Shown in pieces: positions 60,265-64,000 of a stretch of 64,000 nucleotides of DNA (positions are counted from its first letter, which is position 1; each line of letters starts with the position of its first letter). Source of the stretch: Dudresnaya verticillata (lineage: Eukaryota). The stretch is from positions 744,001 to 808,000 of the forward strand of contig OZ374562.1 in the NCBI GenBank assembly GCA_977862235.1, written 5' to 3'. The translations under genes were made by a program, and so were the position numbers. The notes beneath the pieces were generated by a model, which was not told the origin of the DNA, ran no database searches, and saw nothing but the letters and a program-made list of their open reading frames with translations.

Positions 60265-63200
60265 CGGCCCCGTCATCAGGAGCGAACGTCCTGGTCGCGG
60301 GTTACGAATCACAAATTGGCGTGGCCCGGTTTCCCTCGGAGGAGCTCGTGTTGAGCCATCGGAGTGGCAGAGCGGTGGTGCATCGAGCTGAGACCACGTT
60401 GTCGCGCAGAGGTGCATCGGGGCTCACGAATTTGAATTCGGATCCCGTATGCGATGGTGCCTTTGTATTGGTTAATCACGGAGATATTTAGTATACGTAA
60501 AACGGGCTAGGGCTTCGGCGCCGTCCGCCGACGCGTGCGCGCGGATCACGGAGACGGGGTGCGAGCCGCGTGGGTTATTTCAACTTCGTGTTTCGCTGGA
60601 TTCGAGTCCATTGATTCTCCGGTCATCGTGCACACACGCGCAATCGCTTCAGCTCCTTGGCTTTCGGCCTTCGCGGTCCCGTCTGCTTCTTCGTGTGCGT
60701 CTTTTCGTCCGCGCTCATCTATTTTCGCATCGTTCGCTCCGCTCCGTGGCGTTCTTGTTGCTGCTTCGTTGGCCTCGGTGGTTTGCGGTGGTCGGTTGTG
60801 GGTCTCGGGTCTCGGTGTTGTGGCACGTGCTGTTGGTCCTCCGTGAGTGGCGTCTGGGTTGACTTCGTGTCACGGGTTCTTCGATGGCGGACAAGGGTCG
60901 CACGAAGGGAACCGAGTCCCATGACGAGCGTATCGAGGCTACTCGTCGTCGCCTCGATGTTGAGCTCACGGCTGCTGCGGTGCACGTGTCCTCGGAGCCT
61001 ACGCAGGGTGTTGCGGGTCCGTCCGAGGGCTTCGGGTCCTTTGTGGGCCCTTCGGGTGGGGACTCCGAATACGTACCTCGGACTCTCGCAATTCCACACG
61101 TCGTGGATATCGGGGCCTCGGGGGCAGTGGACCTTGAAACTCCCTACGCGCGTTCGGGCCGCTCGAATCCGCAGTTCTTAAATCGCGGCTAGCGTTCGAG
61201 CCATTCGTTAGGGATCCGAAGTTGTTCACGAAGGATGAGGGTGCTCTGAGGCTTTCGTCATCGCAACTATTCTTCGCACGGGATCAGTTCGCGGTCTCCT
61301 TGGGTACTTACGAAGAGGCCGCCGTCTACGATGGCCGTATCCGTCCGGATCTTGCTCGCTTCCGTGCGTTCTGCGACGGTCGCGATGAAAACGGAGTGGG
61401 TATCTTTCACTTATTCTGGCCCCGTGGCCCCATGTATCTGACGCCGCTGGGTATTCCGTGTGACGTCTCCTAAATGACCACGGTCGACGAGGTTGCTTTT
61501 GTAGATTCACGCGGGCGTGTGCTACTGACAGAAGGTCCGGGTATCTCCGTGGATTCTCCGCTTACTGCGGTTGCTCGCTTTCGTGATTACCCGGAGTTCG
61601 TGTCCGCCGTGGGAAACGTGTGCCGCCACGTAGACACGATTTATCGCATCCTTGGAGGGGCTTCCTCTCCGACCTTTTGCATATAGTGGAAGATAGCTTT
61701 ACCACGTCGGCCCTGAGAAACTTGAAATGGGATAGACATGCATGGTCACTTAGGCTATTGAACATATCGGTGCTGGAAACCGGGTGCTATTTCGCGGCGT
61801 GGGCACGATGCCAGATCGCGTGGATACTAATTCGCGTCTCGATGACCGCGTGCCTCTGAGCATGTTTCCGAGTTCGTTTTGGCTCGATAACCTGAGTATT
61901 CGGACCCCCGAGGGCTTAGCTTAGCCGTCCCACCTCCGGGGGTGATTCGGTACTTCAGTCACGTTGTCAACATGTGTACGGAGCATACGAAGAAGTTTTT
62001 CGTGTGTTTTCGAGACTCCGAATATCGCTTCGGACTTGGTCGCGCGTTGATATCGGATGTCACGCAACGTCAATACGTATGGGTACTTGCGGAACTTCGT
62101 TCATGATGGTGGTTCGAAGTTGTTTCCGAGGAAGGCGGGTACCCGGATCTTTCGCTCTGATGCTCAGATCGTACGATGCCGTTCCCGAAGATGTTCGTGA
62201 TTTCCATCGAGGCTGCGGATCGGAGGGAGCTCCAGTCGACTCGTCGCGATTTCCAGACGGGACAGTGGTCCCAAGTGGTCGGGCACGACTTGGGATCCGG
62301 GGCCTGATTCGATTGGCGTCACAACCGACCCTCACGAGGGGGCGCGGTCCGCGAGTCGATTCCTTTTCGCATCCGAGTGCCGCGGTTCGTGCCATCGGAG
62401 GCGAGATTTATCCTTGCCGCGTGTTCCCCGCTCCGTAGCTCCGATGTGTTCGCCACCGCTGACTCCGGGATCAGCGCTCGGCACCAGGGCCGTTGCTTTG
62501 GCGCCGAGCGCTTCGGGTTCCTCGGCCGCGAGTCTCGAGATGCTCTGTCCCACGAATATTCGTACTCTCGACTCCGTGAGTAATGCGTGTAGCGAAACGG
62601 GCATCTCCCCGATGGGACGTTTCGGCAAGTGCTGGAACACTTCGGCGGAAACTTCCTTCCCACAGCCACGGAGGTGAGTCGCCTTCGTAGGAAGCTTCGG
62701 GATCGGGATGCGGAGATAGAGGACCTTCGTCATCGTATTCGGGACCTCGAGTTGAGCGGTAAGCGTAAGCGTCGGCGCGAAGATTACGGTTACCCGAGTT
62801 ACGATGCTTCGCGTGGGTCTGGCTCCGGGGGCCCTTCGGGCTTCGGACCCAGCGGTGGCGACGGATCGATGGTCACCGTGGACAATCAGAGACATCGGAT
62901 CCGTATGCGCCGAACTTTCTTCGAGTGACTCGTGACGAAAATGGAAACGATCCTCGTAACAACCGGCCTTAAGAATAATCTAATCCGTATGGTGTGGTAC
63001 GTAGTGGTAGCGCCGTGGCTTCTTCTTTTAGCTTCATAGCTACTTAGTTTCTCGTTTTGTTATCGGGCTCCTTGTTATTGGAGCTCACGGTGGAGGGGTC
63101 TCGGTCTCGTTGTATCGTCTCGAGGAAAACGTTTCTCTTTCTCGACCCTTCTCTTGCCTCGTAGCAGTAGTCACAAAGTTGTTAACATTTTATCTTTGGC

Positions 63201-64000
63201 ATAGTAGCTTCTCTTTATCAGGCTTCATGCTCAAGTGTGCGAATTGAGACTTCTTCGTAGAGCGGCTTCGTTTTTCGTGATGCGTGTGGCGTTGATTAAG
63301 AATAAAATTACGCGTGTTTCCTTCGAGGCGTCGAGTCATCGAGACTTCGTAATTCTGCGTGCACGGCCCTCTCCTCAAGACGAAGGCGTCCGCGGCGGTG
63401 TGATTCGTGTGATACGTATGTCCGGGCAGCCCGCAGCGCTGCGGAGGGGTCTCAAAGTCTTCGGGGAGCAAGTCGCGTGAGCTCGCTGGCTTTTGAATTC
63501 GAGTTGCGGCGGATGCGCACGGGCGCGGAAGGAACGTATAGTAACGCGATATCGAGCACCGAGGCATGAGAGAGGAGTGCGCGAGTCGAACTAGTGAGAA
63601 ATCCGTGGCATTTTGCGAAGGCGCGTCGTGCGTCTAAAAAGGGAGGACTCTGTGGCTCCGGCAAGGGAGTGAGGAGGCGCGTGCGGTGCTCCGAGGCAGG
63701 CGATCGAGCGATGTTGGCGTGATGCGTGGGTTGCGACTGCGGAGTGCGTCTTGCGGGTGGCATCGGCCTCGATCTATTACGTACGGCGCGTATGACAAGT
63801 TAAGTATGGTGCACAGTGTCCGTTCGTCGCGGTGTCAGCCCTGTGATTCGAGTTCCGCAGTGCAACCATGTGCGCGTACGAGCCGGCGGCGGATATCGCG
63901 AAGCTTGTTGGGTCGACCACCACACTGATGGTCGATACCGCACGCTTTCGTGACCAGCAACTTAGCGGTGGCATCGTGGCGAACGAATTCGGTGACGCAG
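60265..64000 (-). mobile_element. 3' internal region of the family B LTR retrotransposon, running off the right edge
   Basis: GC-rich sequence contiguous with the LTR. The Copia RT does not resume within the window. Confidence 0.6.
60884..62928 (+). pseudogene. Large antisense ORF of the family B element, with a C-terminal coiled coil and basic NLS-like motif
   Basis: Chained ORFs 60884-61192, 61222-61473, 61474-61686, 61620-61859, 61974-62438, 62629-62928; ends EVSRLRRKLRDRDAEIEDLRHRIRDLELSGKRKRRR. Confidence 0.6.

Overview
Eukaryotic, almost entirely transposon-derived DNA. The element types and peptide style suggest a florideophyte red alga (inference only). I can support no intact host gene, rRNA, tRNA or CRISPR array. 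Left to right: (1) a degenerate chromodomain Ty3/Gypsy element with a long 3' region and an antisense ORF (1-8.6 kb); (2) two adjacent near-perfect hairpins (9.5-9.6 kb); (3) a single-frame pseudogene encoding a ParB-like/HTH region fused to a beta-class N6A/N4C DNA methyltransferase, split by a solo LTR (10.4-14.1 kb); (4) a convergent Sola-like transposase pseudogene (17-19.5 kb); (5) LINE and MULE relics, the MULE followed by a Tudor-domain remnant; (6) two Helitron-like elements with CTG microsatellites; (7) a truncated DIRS-type retrotransposon; (8) several long unassigned degenerate ORFs, one with a PhyH-like 2OG-Fe(II) dioxygenase domain; (9) a Ty1/Copia element with a Tudor domain between integrase and RT, hit by three nested LTR insertions. 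The last insertion is the 3' end of another LTR element with a large antisense ORF. The best candidates for an undescribed system are the ParB-methyltransferase next to the transposase and the Tudor-bearing Copia. All domain calls come from reading motifs by eye and need HMM or structure confirmation.
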